Of a DNA stretch of 64,000 nucleotides, positions 8,514 through 17,902 are shown in pieces. The translations under genes and the position numbers were made by a program. Position 1 is the first letter of the stretch; each line of letters opens with the position of its first letter. The notes beneath the pieces were generated by a model that saw only the letters and a list, made by a program, of their open reading frames with translations, was not told the DNA's origin and did no database searches. Source of the DNA: an uncultured Verrucomicrobiae bacterium (GTDB lineage Bacteria; Verrucomicrobiota; Verrucomicrobiia; Limisphaerales; Palsa-1400); assembly GCA_963707025.1 (NCBI GenBank), contig CAVPOM010000006.1, forward strand, positions 96,001-160,000, read 5' to 3'.

Positions 8514-10352
8514 TTACTCCACCGCGCCCAATTTCTCAAAGCTCTCCTCGATAAAGGTGGTGTTCTGGATGCGGGAAAGTTTGGCGTAGAGGCCGTCCCG
8601 CGCCAGCAACTCGGCGTGGGTGCCGCGCTCGACAATCTCGCCGTGGCGCAAGACCAGGATTTGATCGGCGTTGCGAATGGTGCTCAAACGATGGGCGATG
8701 ACGAAGCTGGTGCGGTTGGCCATGAGGTGTTCGAGCGCCTCCTGGATCAGCTTTTCCGTGGCCGTGTCCACGCTGGCGGTGGCTTCGTCCAGCACGAGGA
8801 TGGGGGTGTTTTTCAACAGGGCGCGGGCGATGCTGATGCGCTGCTTCTCCCCCACGCTCAACTTGACGCCGCGCTCGCCGACATGGGAATCGTAGCCGCG
8901 AGGAAGACGGGCGATAAAGTCGTGGCAGTTGGCGGCGCGCGCGGCGGCCAGCATCTGCTCCTCCGCGGCGGCGGGGTTTCCGTAAAGTATATTTTCGCGC
9001 ACGGTGCCGTTGAAAAGAAAGGCCTCCTGGCTGACCACGCTGATCTGGGCGCGCAAGGAGGCCAGGGAAACGGCGGCGGTGTCCTGCCCGTCAATGGCGA
9101 TCCGGCCCGAATTGGCCTCATAAAAGGCGGGCAGCAAATTGACGAGGGTTGACTTGCCCGAGCCGGTCGGCCCGACCAGGGCAATCATTTCGCCGGGGGC
9201 GGCGCGGAGGGAGATGTTTTTCAGGGCGGCGCGGTTGGGGACGTAGCCGAAGTTGACGTTTTGGTATTCCACCCCGCCGCGGACGGGCCTGGGGAAGGCG
9301 GCCAGGCGCGGCCCGGCGGCGGGAGCGGGCCGCTCTTCGGAGGCATCCAGAATGTCAAAGACCCGTTCCCCGGCGGCGCGGGCGGCTTGCAACATTTGAT
9401 TCAAGCCATGCAACCGGCTGACCGGATCGTAAAAGAGGCCGAGGAAGAAAATGAAGGCGACCAGTTGGCCGACGGTCATGGTTCCGGCCTGGACCTGGGC
9501 GCCGCCGAACCAGAGGACCAAAGCGGTGCCGAGCGAGGCGGCAAAAGTCATGGCCGGCGAATAGACGGCCCAGACGCGCATGACCCCCAGGTTGGCATGG
9601 CGGAGGGCGTCAGCCCGTTGGGCAAAGCGCTGGTCCTCATGATCCTGCCGGCCAAAGGCCTTGATCTGGCGGATGCCTTGCAGGCTGTCCATCAGGAACG
9701 CGCTCATCGCGCTGGAGGCGACCCGTTGCGCGCGGTAGCGGCGGTGGGCCGTCAGGGTGTACCAGAGCACCCCGCCCGTCAGAATGGGAATCGGAAGCAA
9801 GACGATGGCGGCCAGCCCGGCATTTTTGTAAAACAAAGCCGCCAGCACGCCCACCACGCTCAAGGAGGCGACCGTGCCTTGCTCGGTGCCGTCAATCAGC
9901 ACCCGCTCCACCGCGTTGACATCCTCGATCACCCGCGTCATCAAGTCGCCCGAGGCGCGCTGGTCGAAATAGCCGACGGGCAGGCGTTGCAGGCGGGCAA
10001 AGACATCGCGGCGCATGTCGAAAATGACGTTTTGCTCGAAGATATTGTTGACGCGAATGCGCAAACTGTTGAAAAGGTCGCGCAGGAGGAAGGCGGCGGC
10101 CAGCAGGCCGGCCAGGGCCAGATAGTTGGTCCTGGCGCCGCCGATCAAGTTGTCAATGATGGATTGGAGCAACTGGGGAAAGGCGAAGGCACAGCCCAGG
10201 GAAAGAATGGCGCAGCCGACATTGGCCGCCGCCATCCCGCGGTAAGGCTTCAAATAAACCGCCACCCGCCGCACGATTTCCAGGGTGGACCGCTTGCGGA
10301 CCTGGAAGCCCGCCCCGTCGCCGTCATCGAAATGGGCGGGGTGGCGCGTCAT
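8514..10352 (-). CDS. ABC exporter, fused permease/ATPase (MsbA-like)
   Basis: Membrane domain, GPTGSGKS, LSVGEKQR, VLDEATASVD, IAHRLST. Confidence 0.93.
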   Translation of the reverse strand: MTRHPAHFDDGDGAGFQVRKRSTLEIVRRVAVYLKPYRGMAAANVGCAILSLGCAFAFPQLLQSIIDNLIGGARTNYLALAGLLAAAFLLRDLFNSLRIRVNNIFEQNVIFDMRRDVFARLQRLPVGYFDQRASGDLMTRVIEDVNAVERVLIDGTEQGTVASLSVVGVLAALFYKNAGLAAIVLLPIPILTGGVLWYTLTAHRRYRAQRVASSAMSAFLMDSLQGIRQIKAFGRQDHEDQRFAQRADALRHANLGVMRVWAVYSPAMTFAASLGTALVLWFGGAQVQAGTMTVGQLVAFIFFLGLFYDPVSRLHGLNQMLQAARAAGERVFDILDASEERPAPAAGPRLAAFPRPVRGGVEYQNVNFGYVPNRAALKNISLRAAPGEMIALVGPTGSGKSTLVNLLPAFYEANSGRIAIDGQDTAAVSLASLRAQISVVSQEAFLFNGTVRENILYGNPAAAEEQMLAAARAANCHDFIARLPRGYDSHVGERGVKLSVGEKQRISIARALLKNTPILVLDEATASVDTATEKLIQEALEHLMANRTSFVIAHRLSTIRNADQILVLRHGEIVERGTHAELLARDGLYAKLSRIQNTTFIEESFEKLGAVE

Positions 10353-10552
10353 GGCCTGCAGCCTCCAGGCGGGCGCGCCGCCACGCGCCGCTCTCCGGCA
10401 AAACATCCGCTCGCATGCATCTTCGGCATAATGTAGTATATTCGCCAAATAAATTGAAGCCATCTGATAAAAGACCGGCGCCCGGAAGGAGAGGCTTTTC
10501 TGGAAATCCTTTTTTTTGGCGGCGCGGTTTGTTTGGCTGGTCCGTTTGCTGA

Positions 10553-11638
10553 ATGATTGCGAAACTGAAATTGGCCGCCTACGTGATCCTGATTGCCCTG
10601 GCCATTTGGTTTGGCCGGGCATTCCATTCCAGCTACGAGAAAATTGGCCAGACAGGCCCCGGACCCGCCACCAACGCCGCGCCGGATTCCGCCACCAACG
10701 CCGCGGCCAGCCAAACCAACCCGGCCGTCCCCCTGCCATCGCCGGCGGTTGTCAGCAACCAATCCACTAATAATCCGGCCGTGACCAACGAGGCCGCCGG
10801 CTCCAATGCCGTCCCGCTCCCCGTCACGCCGGGCGCGCCGGCGACCAACCTGGCCGCGAGTAATGCCGGCGTGGCGGAGGTGCCGACCGCCGCGGCCGGC
10901 GTGCTGGCCCCGAACGCGGCGCAAGGCGGCCGGTCGGTCAGCTATTTGGCCGCCTTTGTGGGGGCGCTGGTCGGTTTGGGCGTGTTGATGGCCTATGACC
11001 TGACGCAGTTCATCGGGTCGCGGGCGGTGGATTATTTATTCGACGATCTGGGCGAAGGGATGCGCGATCCGGAATACGAGCGGGCCGAACAAACCTGGGT
11101 CAACGGCAAGCCGTTGGAAGCGATTGAAATGATGCGGGAGTATCTGAAGAAGCACCCGCGCGAGCAGTATGTGGCGCTGCGCATCGCCGAGATTTACGAA
11201 AAGGACTTGCACAATGATGTGGCCGCCACGTTGGAATACGAGGAAGTGCTCAAGAAAAGGCTCCCCGGCGAACGCTGGGGCTGGGCGGCCATTCACCTTT
11301 GCAACCTTTACTCCCGCCTGGGCCAGCAGGACAAAATGAGGGCGCTGCTGGAGCGCCTGGCCAGGGACTACCCAAAAACGAGCGCGGCCAAAAAAGCGCG
11401 CCGCACTCTGGGCCTGCCCGAGCTGGAGGAGGAGGCGGCGGCTGCTCCCGCCGCCGGGCCGGAGGAGCCTGCCGGGGGACAGACCTATGACACGGGGCAG
11501 GTCTTCGATTTGGATGAGGCGATCGCCGCCACCGATGAGGAAGTCCCCGCCCCGCCGGCCAAGGGCGCGCCGCGGCGGCCGCTGCCGCCGGAGCCGCCCA
11601 AATCAAACCTCCCGCCCGGGTTTCGGAAAAAAGAGTGA
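10553..11638 (+). CDS. Hypothetical membrane protein with TPR-like domain
   Basis: Two hydrophobic segments around an A/P/T/N-rich linker, then helical repeats ending LARDYPKTSAAKKAR. Confidence 0.7.
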   Translation: MIAKLKLAAYVILIALAIWFGRAFHSSYEKIGQTGPGPATNAAPDSATNAAASQTNPAVPLPSPAVVSNQSTNNPAVTNEAAGSNAVPLPVTPGAPATNLAASNAGVAEVPTAAAGVLAPNAAQGGRSVSYLAAFVGALVGLGVLMAYDLTQFIGSRAVDYLFDDLGEGMRDPEYERAEQTWVNGKPLEAIEMMREYLKKHPREQYVALRIAEIYEKDLHNDVAATLEYEEVLKKRLPGERWGWAAIHLCNLYSRLGQQDKMRALLERLARDYPKTSAAKKARRTLGLPELEEEAAAAPAAGPEEPAGGQTYDTGQVFDLDEAIAATDEEVPAPPAKGAPRRPLPPEPPKSNLPPGFRKKE

Positions 11639-11646
11639 GGCGCGTC

Positions 11647-12894
11647 ATGACCGATTCTTACATTCAGAAGCTGCTGGCCGAGCGGATCGGCGGAAAGAAT
11701 TACGGCAAATCCGGCGCGATTTATAAATTTGAAAAAATCAAACGGGCCAAACGGGCCGCGCTCGCCGCCCATCCCGGGGGAGAAATCATTGATTTGGGCG
11801 TGGGCGAGCCGGACGAAATGGCCTGCCCGGAAGTCGTGACCAAACTGGCGGAGGAAGCGCGCCGTCCCGAAAACCGGGGCTACGCGGACAACGGTGACAG
11901 CGTTTTAAAGGAAGCCGCGGCGCGGTATCTGGAAAAAGTTTGCGGCGTCTGCGGCATCAATCCCGAAACCGAAGTGATGCACTCCATCGGGAGCAAGGCG
12001 GCGCTTTCCCTCTTGCCCGCCGCGCTGATCAATCCCGGGGATGTGGCCTTGATGACGACGCCGGGGTATCCGGTTTTTGGCGCCCACGCCAGATATTATG
12101 GCGGCGCGGTCCATAAATTGCCGCTGGCCGCAGCCCGTCATTTTTTGCCCGACCTGGCCTCCATCCCGTCCGAAGTGCTGGGCAAAGCCAAGGCGCTGGT
12201 GCTCAATTATCCGAACAACCCGACGGGGGCGGGGGCGACGCCGGAGTTTTTCGGGCAAGTGGTCGCGTTCGCCCGGAAACACGGGCTGGCGGTGATTCAC
12301 GACGCGGCTTACGCCGCGCTGGTGTTTGAAGGCAAGCCGCTGAGTTTCCTGGCCACGCCCGGGGCGAAGGAGGTGGGGGTGGAGTTGCATTCGGCCAGCA
12401 AGAGTTTCAACATGACGGGGTGGCGTTGCGGATTTGTCGCCGGCAACGAATTGCTGGTGCGCGCTTACGGGGATGTGAAAGACCACAGCGATTCGGGCCA
12501 GTTTCTGGCCATCCAACATGCCGCCGCCTATTGTTTTGATCATCCGGAAATCACCGAAAAGATTGCGGCCAAGTATTCCAGGCGGATGAGCGGTCTGGTG
12601 GAAGTCCTGAAAAAGTGCGGCTTCAACGCGGTGAAACCCAAAGGCTCATTTTTCCTTTATGTCCCTGCGCCCAGGGCGGCGGTTTTGGCAAACGGCCGCC
12701 GGCTGGAATTCAAGGACGCCGGGGAAGTTTCGCAATGGCTCATAACTGAGAAGCTCATCTCCACCGTGCCGTGGGACGATGCGGGGGCCTGCCTGCGTTG
12801 GAGCGTGACCTTCGTGGCCAAAGACCAGGCCGGGGAGGAGCGTGTCTTGCGCGAGGTGGCGGCGCGGCTGGCGGATGTGAGGCTGGAGTTTTGA
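11647..12894 (+). CDS. dapL: LL-diaminopimelate aminotransferase (class I PLP enzyme)
   Basis: IIDLGVGEPD, NYPNNPTG, HDAAY, HSASKSFNMTGWR. Confidence 0.8.
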   Translation: MTDSYIQKLLAERIGGKNYGKSGAIYKFEKIKRAKRAALAAHPGGEIIDLGVGEPDEMACPEVVTKLAEEARRPENRGYADNGDSVLKEAAARYLEKVCGVCGINPETEVMHSIGSKAALSLLPAALINPGDVALMTTPGYPVFGAHARYYGGAVHKLPLAAARHFLPDLASIPSEVLGKAKALVLNYPNNPTGAGATPEFFGQVVAFARKHGLAVIHDAAYAALVFEGKPLSFLATPGAKEVGVELHSASKSFNMTGWRCGFVAGNELLVRAYGDVKDHSDSGQFLAIQHAAAYCFDHPEITEKIAAKYSRRMSGLVEVLKKCGFNAVKPKGSFFLYVPAPRAAVLANGRRLEFKDAGEVSQWLITEKLISTVPWDDAGACLRWSVTFVAKDQAGEERVLREVAARLADVRLEF

Positions 12895-12907
12895 TTTTCC
12901 GGCGGCT

Positions 12908-13357
12908 TCAACCCATCCGCTCCAGTTCGCTTTGCAGCGCCATCTGGAAGTCCTGCAGGTCGGCGGGGGACGGTTTGTAACCTTTTTCCGCCGGCGTCAG
13001 TCCCAGCCGGCCCATCTGGTCGAGGTACCAGTCGGCGCTTTTGCCATCGCTGAATTTGACTTTGCCGCTGGCCATCGCCCCGGCCCGGGTGATTTGGTCC
13101 AGGGTGAGGCGGACCTTGCTGGCGGGCAGATCGCGCGGAGGTGGATTGTCCGCGGCTTTTGCGGCGGTTTTGGGAGGTGGCGGCGGCGGGGCGGGGTCTT
13201 TGGGGGTCAGTTTGAGATCGTCCACCAGCAGCCGCACCTGGAGGTAGGTCTGGCGCGAACCCCATTGCGCCTCCATCCGTTTTTGGATGTCGGCGATTTT
13301 GAGCCCCTCCTCAATCCAGGCGGCCACTTGTTTTCTTTTTGTTTCGTCCAAGTTCAT
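12908..13357 (-). CDS. Hypothetical protein
   Basis: 149-aa ORF with TAGCAT 7 nt upstream of the ATG and a two-domain layout with a Pro-rich linker. Confidence 0.75.
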   Translation of the reverse strand: MNLDETKRKQVAAWIEEGLKIADIQKRMEAQWGSRQTYLQVRLLVDDLKLTPKDPAPPPPPPKTAAKAADNPPPRDLPASKVRLTLDQITRAGAMASGKVKFSDGKSADWYLDQMGRLGLTPAEKGYKPSPADLQDFQMALQSELERMG

Positions 13358-13604
13358 GGAGGGAATGCTAGCACGCCCGCCCCGATTTGACACGAGCCGA
13401 ATTGAAGAAACTGGAGAAGCACGCCGGCGCGCCAGCCGGCGGCCGAGGCGGCGAGGAGGACATTACAGGGAAATAACGCCTGTGGAAGGTGCTGACCTCA
13501 AGCCAATTATGTCAAAACCAAGCGCATGGCTCAAAGCACATTGTCAAGTGGGCGGCGGAAAGCGCAGTGACGGAGTTGAAATCTTGTTTGATACGGCAAG
13601 CCTT

Positions 13605-15251
13605 TTATCGGACCGCTTCAGACTTCGGTTGATTCCGGAAGCGTCTTGCCAACGGGGCAAAACGATCTCGACCTTCGCAAAGCAATCGTCGTGCAAAAGC
13701 CCAGACGTTGAGATGGGGAGTTTTGACCAAGTTCTGAGCAATGGCTTCTGGATGAATAAAGGCAATTTCGACGGTGCTGCCAGGCTCCACGGGCAAGGAT
13801 TCCCCCGCGTAACTTTCGATGAACTTCATTTCGCCTCCTGGAACGCCCAGACGCATGGCTTCGTTGCGTCCGTTCATGGAATGGGGACGCAACACCGAGA
13901 TGGAATGACATTCCGGCGGAACAGCCACCTGGAGGAGCCTGGAGTGGGCCCGCACGCGAAAAAGGCCGCCCTGCTTCTGCGTTTGGTAATTGTGCCGACT
14001 GATGGCGCTCATGCGCATCCATTGCGCGTTCCCCAGCGCATTGATGGAAGCGGCTACCTCCTCCAGAATGCCCAAGCCTTCGGCCACATCTTCATGGTGG
14101 CCATAAGGAACAATGGGCCGGTGCTGATACGCGGCCAAATGAATCGCGGCGTCACACTGCTTGCTCTTGAAGCGGAAGCGGGCCAGAACGGGCAAACCGG
14201 CGACGACGTTGGAAACTCGTAGTCCCAGGCCATGGGACCATGGCTTGCTCGCATTTGTTTCCAGCAGGCAGGGCACGGCGGTGGACACGGCGTCAAATCC
14301 AAGCCTGGCCAAGGCCTCAAGGACCTCCTCGCCGCAGACACCATGAGGCGGGGCCATCACCCGGCAAATTTCAAGCCGCCCAGCTTTTTCTGCGCGGCCA
14401 ATCCGTTGCAGCGCTTGGACGAGAGACGCGATCGCTTTTTCCTGGGAGCCAAAGGAGGCCAGTTCGGAGTGAAGATGGTCATTGCCATGCATCATCAGTG
14501 AGAGCTGCCCGGAATTATGGCTGAAAACCTCCGCCGTCCGCCTCCGCACCAGCCACGCATCCAATGGCACCGTGGCAAAAGCAACATGGTAGGGCGAGGA
14601 CCGCGCGCTGGCCGCCAAGCGCCTGAAATCCAGCCACCCGTATCGCGCGGCGTGCAAATTCGGATCGTCGAACTGAAAGCAGGCCCTTGGCCCTGAAGAA
14701 AGCCATTTCTCCTCGCCGGTGAGTTGTCGCAGAAAGTCTATCAAGGGAAGCATGGCGATGAAATTGCGAGAATGAAAATAACGGTAGAGGCAGCCCTCGC
14801 TCTTGACCTCCGGCAACGGCATCGCGCTCACGTCGTGTCGAAGAACGCCATTCGCACGGCGGACCCACAACGGTTTGTCTCCCAATCGCGCCATAATCAC
14901 GTCCCCTTCCGTCAAGCCGGGCGGCGCGCCTTGGCAAACATCCTCTTGATAAAACCGGTGCGCGCGAAATGCTTTCGGAACCTCCGCACTTTGGCCGAAT
15001 TGGATTTCAGCAGATGGAAAAGAAAGGTCGCCGGAAGCAGCGCAGGGCAGATGCAGTGAAGGCAGCTCCAGCGCGCTTTCCTCCAGAATCCCGCCCCAGG
15101 CGATCACCGCATCCAGGCCCTTCATTTCGTGGGCGTTGCGGCGTTCGAAACGGACGGGCAAAAGTTCTTCCAGCCAAGCCCAGAGCGGACCGCCACAAGC
15201 TCGGTCGGCGCCTGCCAAGCCCACAATTATATTGGAATCGGGATTTCCCAT
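13605..15251 (-). CDS. Hypothetical protein with polysaccharide-deacetylase-like domain
   Basis: FQFDDP, MHGNDH, APPHG and YGHH metal-binding-like motifs; start uncertain because it lies in the IS end. Confidence 0.6.
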   Translation of the reverse strand: MGNPDSNIIVGLAGADRACGGPLWAWLEELLPVRFERRNAHEMKGLDAVIAWGGILEESALELPSLHLPCAASGDLSFPSAEIQFGQSAEVPKAFRAHRFYQEDVCQGAPPGLTEGDVIMARLGDKPLWVRRANGVLRHDVSAMPLPEVKSEGCLYRYFHSRNFIAMLPLIDFLRQLTGEEKWLSSGPRACFQFDDPNLHAARYGWLDFRRLAASARSSPYHVAFATVPLDAWLVRRRTAEVFSHNSGQLSLMMHGNDHLHSELASFGSQEKAIASLVQALQRIGRAEKAGRLEICRVMAPPHGVCGEEVLEALARLGFDAVSTAVPCLLETNASKPWSHGLGLRVSNVVAGLPVLARFRFKSKQCDAAIHLAAYQHRPIVPYGHHEDVAEGLGILEEVAASINALGNAQWMRMSAISRHNYQTQKQGGLFRVRAHSRLLQVAVPPECHSISVLRPHSMNGRNEAMRLGVPGGEMKFIESYAGESLPVEPGSTVEIAFIHPEAIAQNLVKTPHLNVWAFARRLLCEGRDRFAPLARRFRNQPKSEAVR

Positions 15252-16371
15252 TTAGATTCTTGCCCGCGACCAGCGTGGGCCTTTTTCGCGATTTTCTTCC
15301 TGTCCACAGATTTGCAAGTCCTTTTTCCTGGCCGCCCTCGGTTTTTCTCTGGCAAAAGGAGCGTTTCGTTGACATTTGTGCCATTCCACACGCTTTTCCA
15401 CCCCGTGCAAAGACACCTCCTCCGTAGTTTCGGGTGTTTTGACATGCTCGGCCTTCATCCTGACGTCGCGGTTGCTAATCGCAGCGGCCCAATCCCTTCC
15501 AAAATGGCCCGGAATAACTCGCGCGGCACCGTCACCTCCGCCATCTGGAAGACTATCTTCCGGGAATGGCGCACGACCTTGGCCCCGATCTTGATCAGTT
15601 TCTCCCGCAGCGTCGTCAACGTCCAATGACGCGCCGCTCGCCAGTCCTTGGCGCTATGCACATCCCCGTCGCGCAGCAGGGACTGCTCCACATCGCCAAA
15701 CTGATTGAAGCAAAACAGCGGGTGGCAGCAGGTGCAGCCGAAATGGCCGTTGCAGGCAGTGCCTTCCTGCTCGCCGTAGGTTTCGCTCACTGAACTATCC
15801 ATGTCCAAGATCAGTTCCCGCAACGGCTGGCGTTCCCGAAGCCGGTCTATCCATTTTCCTGATAGCTTCGTCAACGCCTTCAGGTTGCCTCGTTGTGTCA
15901 ACACCCCGGTCTCAAAGCGTCCCATTTCGCTGGTGGAGGCCGCCGCGCGTTCCGTGGCTCGCCCACCCACCACATGTCGCATGGTGGGACCGACAGAGAA
16001 CCGTTCGGCGTCATGGGTGTCCTCGTAGCCCGCCAACCGGCTGAAGACCGACTGCCGCATCAGTGCCACGATCGAGTGTTGCGTGTTCTTTCCCGTGAGG
16101 CAATCGTGCAGCAGCTCATCCCCCAAGTCGGTCAAACCCAGCGCGTCATCCAGTTCCCGATAGGCCAACAACCCGGCGTCGGATGTGACCTTGGAACCAT
16201 GAAACTCCAGCTTCAAACGACGATCAAAAGCCACCTGCACAGCCTGTTTTTTGCCTGCGCCCATTGGATTTGCCGTTTTTTGCTGCGTCAACATAGATGA
16301 AAGCCTTAGTTTAGGCGGCTTTATTGCGTGTCAATAACATTGGCGTGTCAAGCGAATCTGAGAAATCCGGG
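15238..16371 (-). mobile_element. IS1380-family element, internally deleted
   Basis: Transposase 15455-16294 with TSDAGLL, GYED, LDMDSS, HPLFCF and LREKLIKIGAKVVRH but only 279 aa; imperfect ends tcgggatttcccat / atctgagaaatccggg (11/16). No target duplication seen. Confidence 0.85.
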
Positions 16372-16824
16372 TTACCGCAACAGGGCCTGTGAAGGGACGG
16401 TGTTTTTCGGACTGGCCGGCGTCGGTTGAGGCGGGCGATTTTCAGGGCTGACCCGGCCAGCCACCCATTTCATTTGGTACAGACAGGAGAAGGTTCCGCC
16501 GCAGACGCATTGGGTCTGGCCCGCATTGACGAATAAGCGGTTGCATTTTTGGCAAATCAAAGAGGTGTGTTGGAAGGCGCGCGGGTGAGTCAGCCAGTGC
16601 CAGGCCGCCAGCGCCAAGACCCCGGCGGCCAGGTTGGCGAGCGTGGGGGGAATGACTTGATGGATGGGCAGAACCAGGCCGCCCAGGCGCTGGCCGTGCC
16701 AGGCCGGAGAGATGGCGACCAGATAAAAGGACATCCCGCCGGACATGACCACGTGCAGAATTCCAAGGAGGCTCCGTTTTGCCCTTGCCATGCGCATTTC
16801 TTCCGCTGTTTTTGCGAGCCACAT
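16372..16824 (-). CDS. Small hypothetical membrane protein with Cys cluster
   Basis: Two hydrophobic stretches, CQKC...CVCGG; start uncertain. Confidence 0.45.
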   Translation of the reverse strand: MWLAKTAEEMRMARAKRSLLGILHVVMSGGMSFYLVAISPAWHGQRLGGLVLPIHQVIPPTLANLAAGVLALAAWHWLTHPRAFQHTSLICQKCNRLFVNAGQTQCVCGGTFSCLYQMKWVAGRVSPENRPPQPTPASPKNTVPSQALLR

Positions 16825-17011
16825 ATTACGATTCAGGTTCAGGTTCGCGCTGCCCAGCCTGGTTTGTTGTGTGTCGGCCTGCGAGAACCGCTGGAATTTA
16901 ATCCGGGGCGTCGGCTCCGTAAATCGGGGCTTTTACGAAAAATTTGTGCGACTTTACCCCAGTCCGCTGTAGTGTTTTCCCTCTCACAAGGAGCGCCCGC
17001 CCCCGGCCCGG

Positions 17012-17884
17012 TCATCGGATCGTCCCGGGATCCACCGGGCGGGCCGGGGGCGGATGGGGGAGAAGAAACTCTTTGACAGCGGCAAGGACCTCCGCCCGGC
17101 TGGTGAAAATTGCGTCATTGTGATCGCCGTGGATTTGGCGAAAGTATTTTGGCTCGTTGGAGGCCGCGAAGTTTTTTTCGGCATGGGCGAAAGGGATGAT
17201 GGTGTCCTGGCGGCTGTGCAGGAGGAGGACGGGAAGATGCAGCCGGGGCAGCTTGTGGAGGGTGTCGTAGCGGATGGAGCCGGCCAGGCGGACGGGGAGC
17301 CAGGGAAACAACTCGGCGCCAAGGTCCGGCACGCTGGTGAAGGTGCTTTGCAGGATGATTCCGCCCAATGGTTCCCGCAGGGCCAGTTCGGCCAGGACGG
17401 CGCCGCCGAGGGATTCTCCATAGCCGACGATGTTGGTGGCGGCGAAGCCTTTTTGCCGGAGCCATTGCCAGGCGGCCTGGGCATCGCGGCAGGTGTTTTC
17501 CTCGCTGGGCCGTCCCGGACTTCGGCCGTAGCCGCGATAATCGAAAAGGAGCACGCTGGCGCCGGTTTCGAGCAGGAGCCGGCACAGATCGAGGCGGTGG
17601 CTGATGTTGCCGGCATTGCCGTGACAGACAAGGAACACCTGGCGGGCCGCGGGCGCGCCGCCCGGATCGGCCGGGAAGAACCAGGCCTCGATCCTGCCGG
17701 TCTTGTCAACAGGAATATAAACATCCTCCGCGGCGCGCCCCAACCGGGCCGCTTCGCCCTCCAGGGCGGCGGAAGGCTGAAAGACACACTGGTGCTCAAA
17801 CCATCGGAACATGAGGACCCCCAGGAGCGGATAGACGGCCAGCCTGGCGGCGAGGCGCGCCCAACGTTTTTTGAAAAGGTTCAC
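17012..17884 (-). CDS. Alpha/beta hydrolase
   Basis: HGNAGN, DYRGYG, GESLGG, D..IP and HND. Confidence 0.9.
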   Translation of the reverse strand: MNLFKKRWARLAARLAVYPLLGVLMFRWFEHQCVFQPSAALEGEAARLGRAAEDVYIPVDKTGRIEAWFFPADPGGAPAARQVFLVCHGNAGNISHRLDLCRLLLETGASVLLFDYRGYGRSPGRPSEENTCRDAQAAWQWLRQKGFAATNIVGYGESLGGAVLAELALREPLGGIILQSTFTSVPDLGAELFPWLPVRLAGSIRYDTLHKLPRLHLPVLLLHSRQDTIIPFAHAEKNFAASNEPKYFRQIHGDHNDAIFTSRAEVLAAVKEFLLPHPPPARPVDPGTIR

Positions 17885-17902
17885 GCTGACAGCGGGGCAT
17901 GA

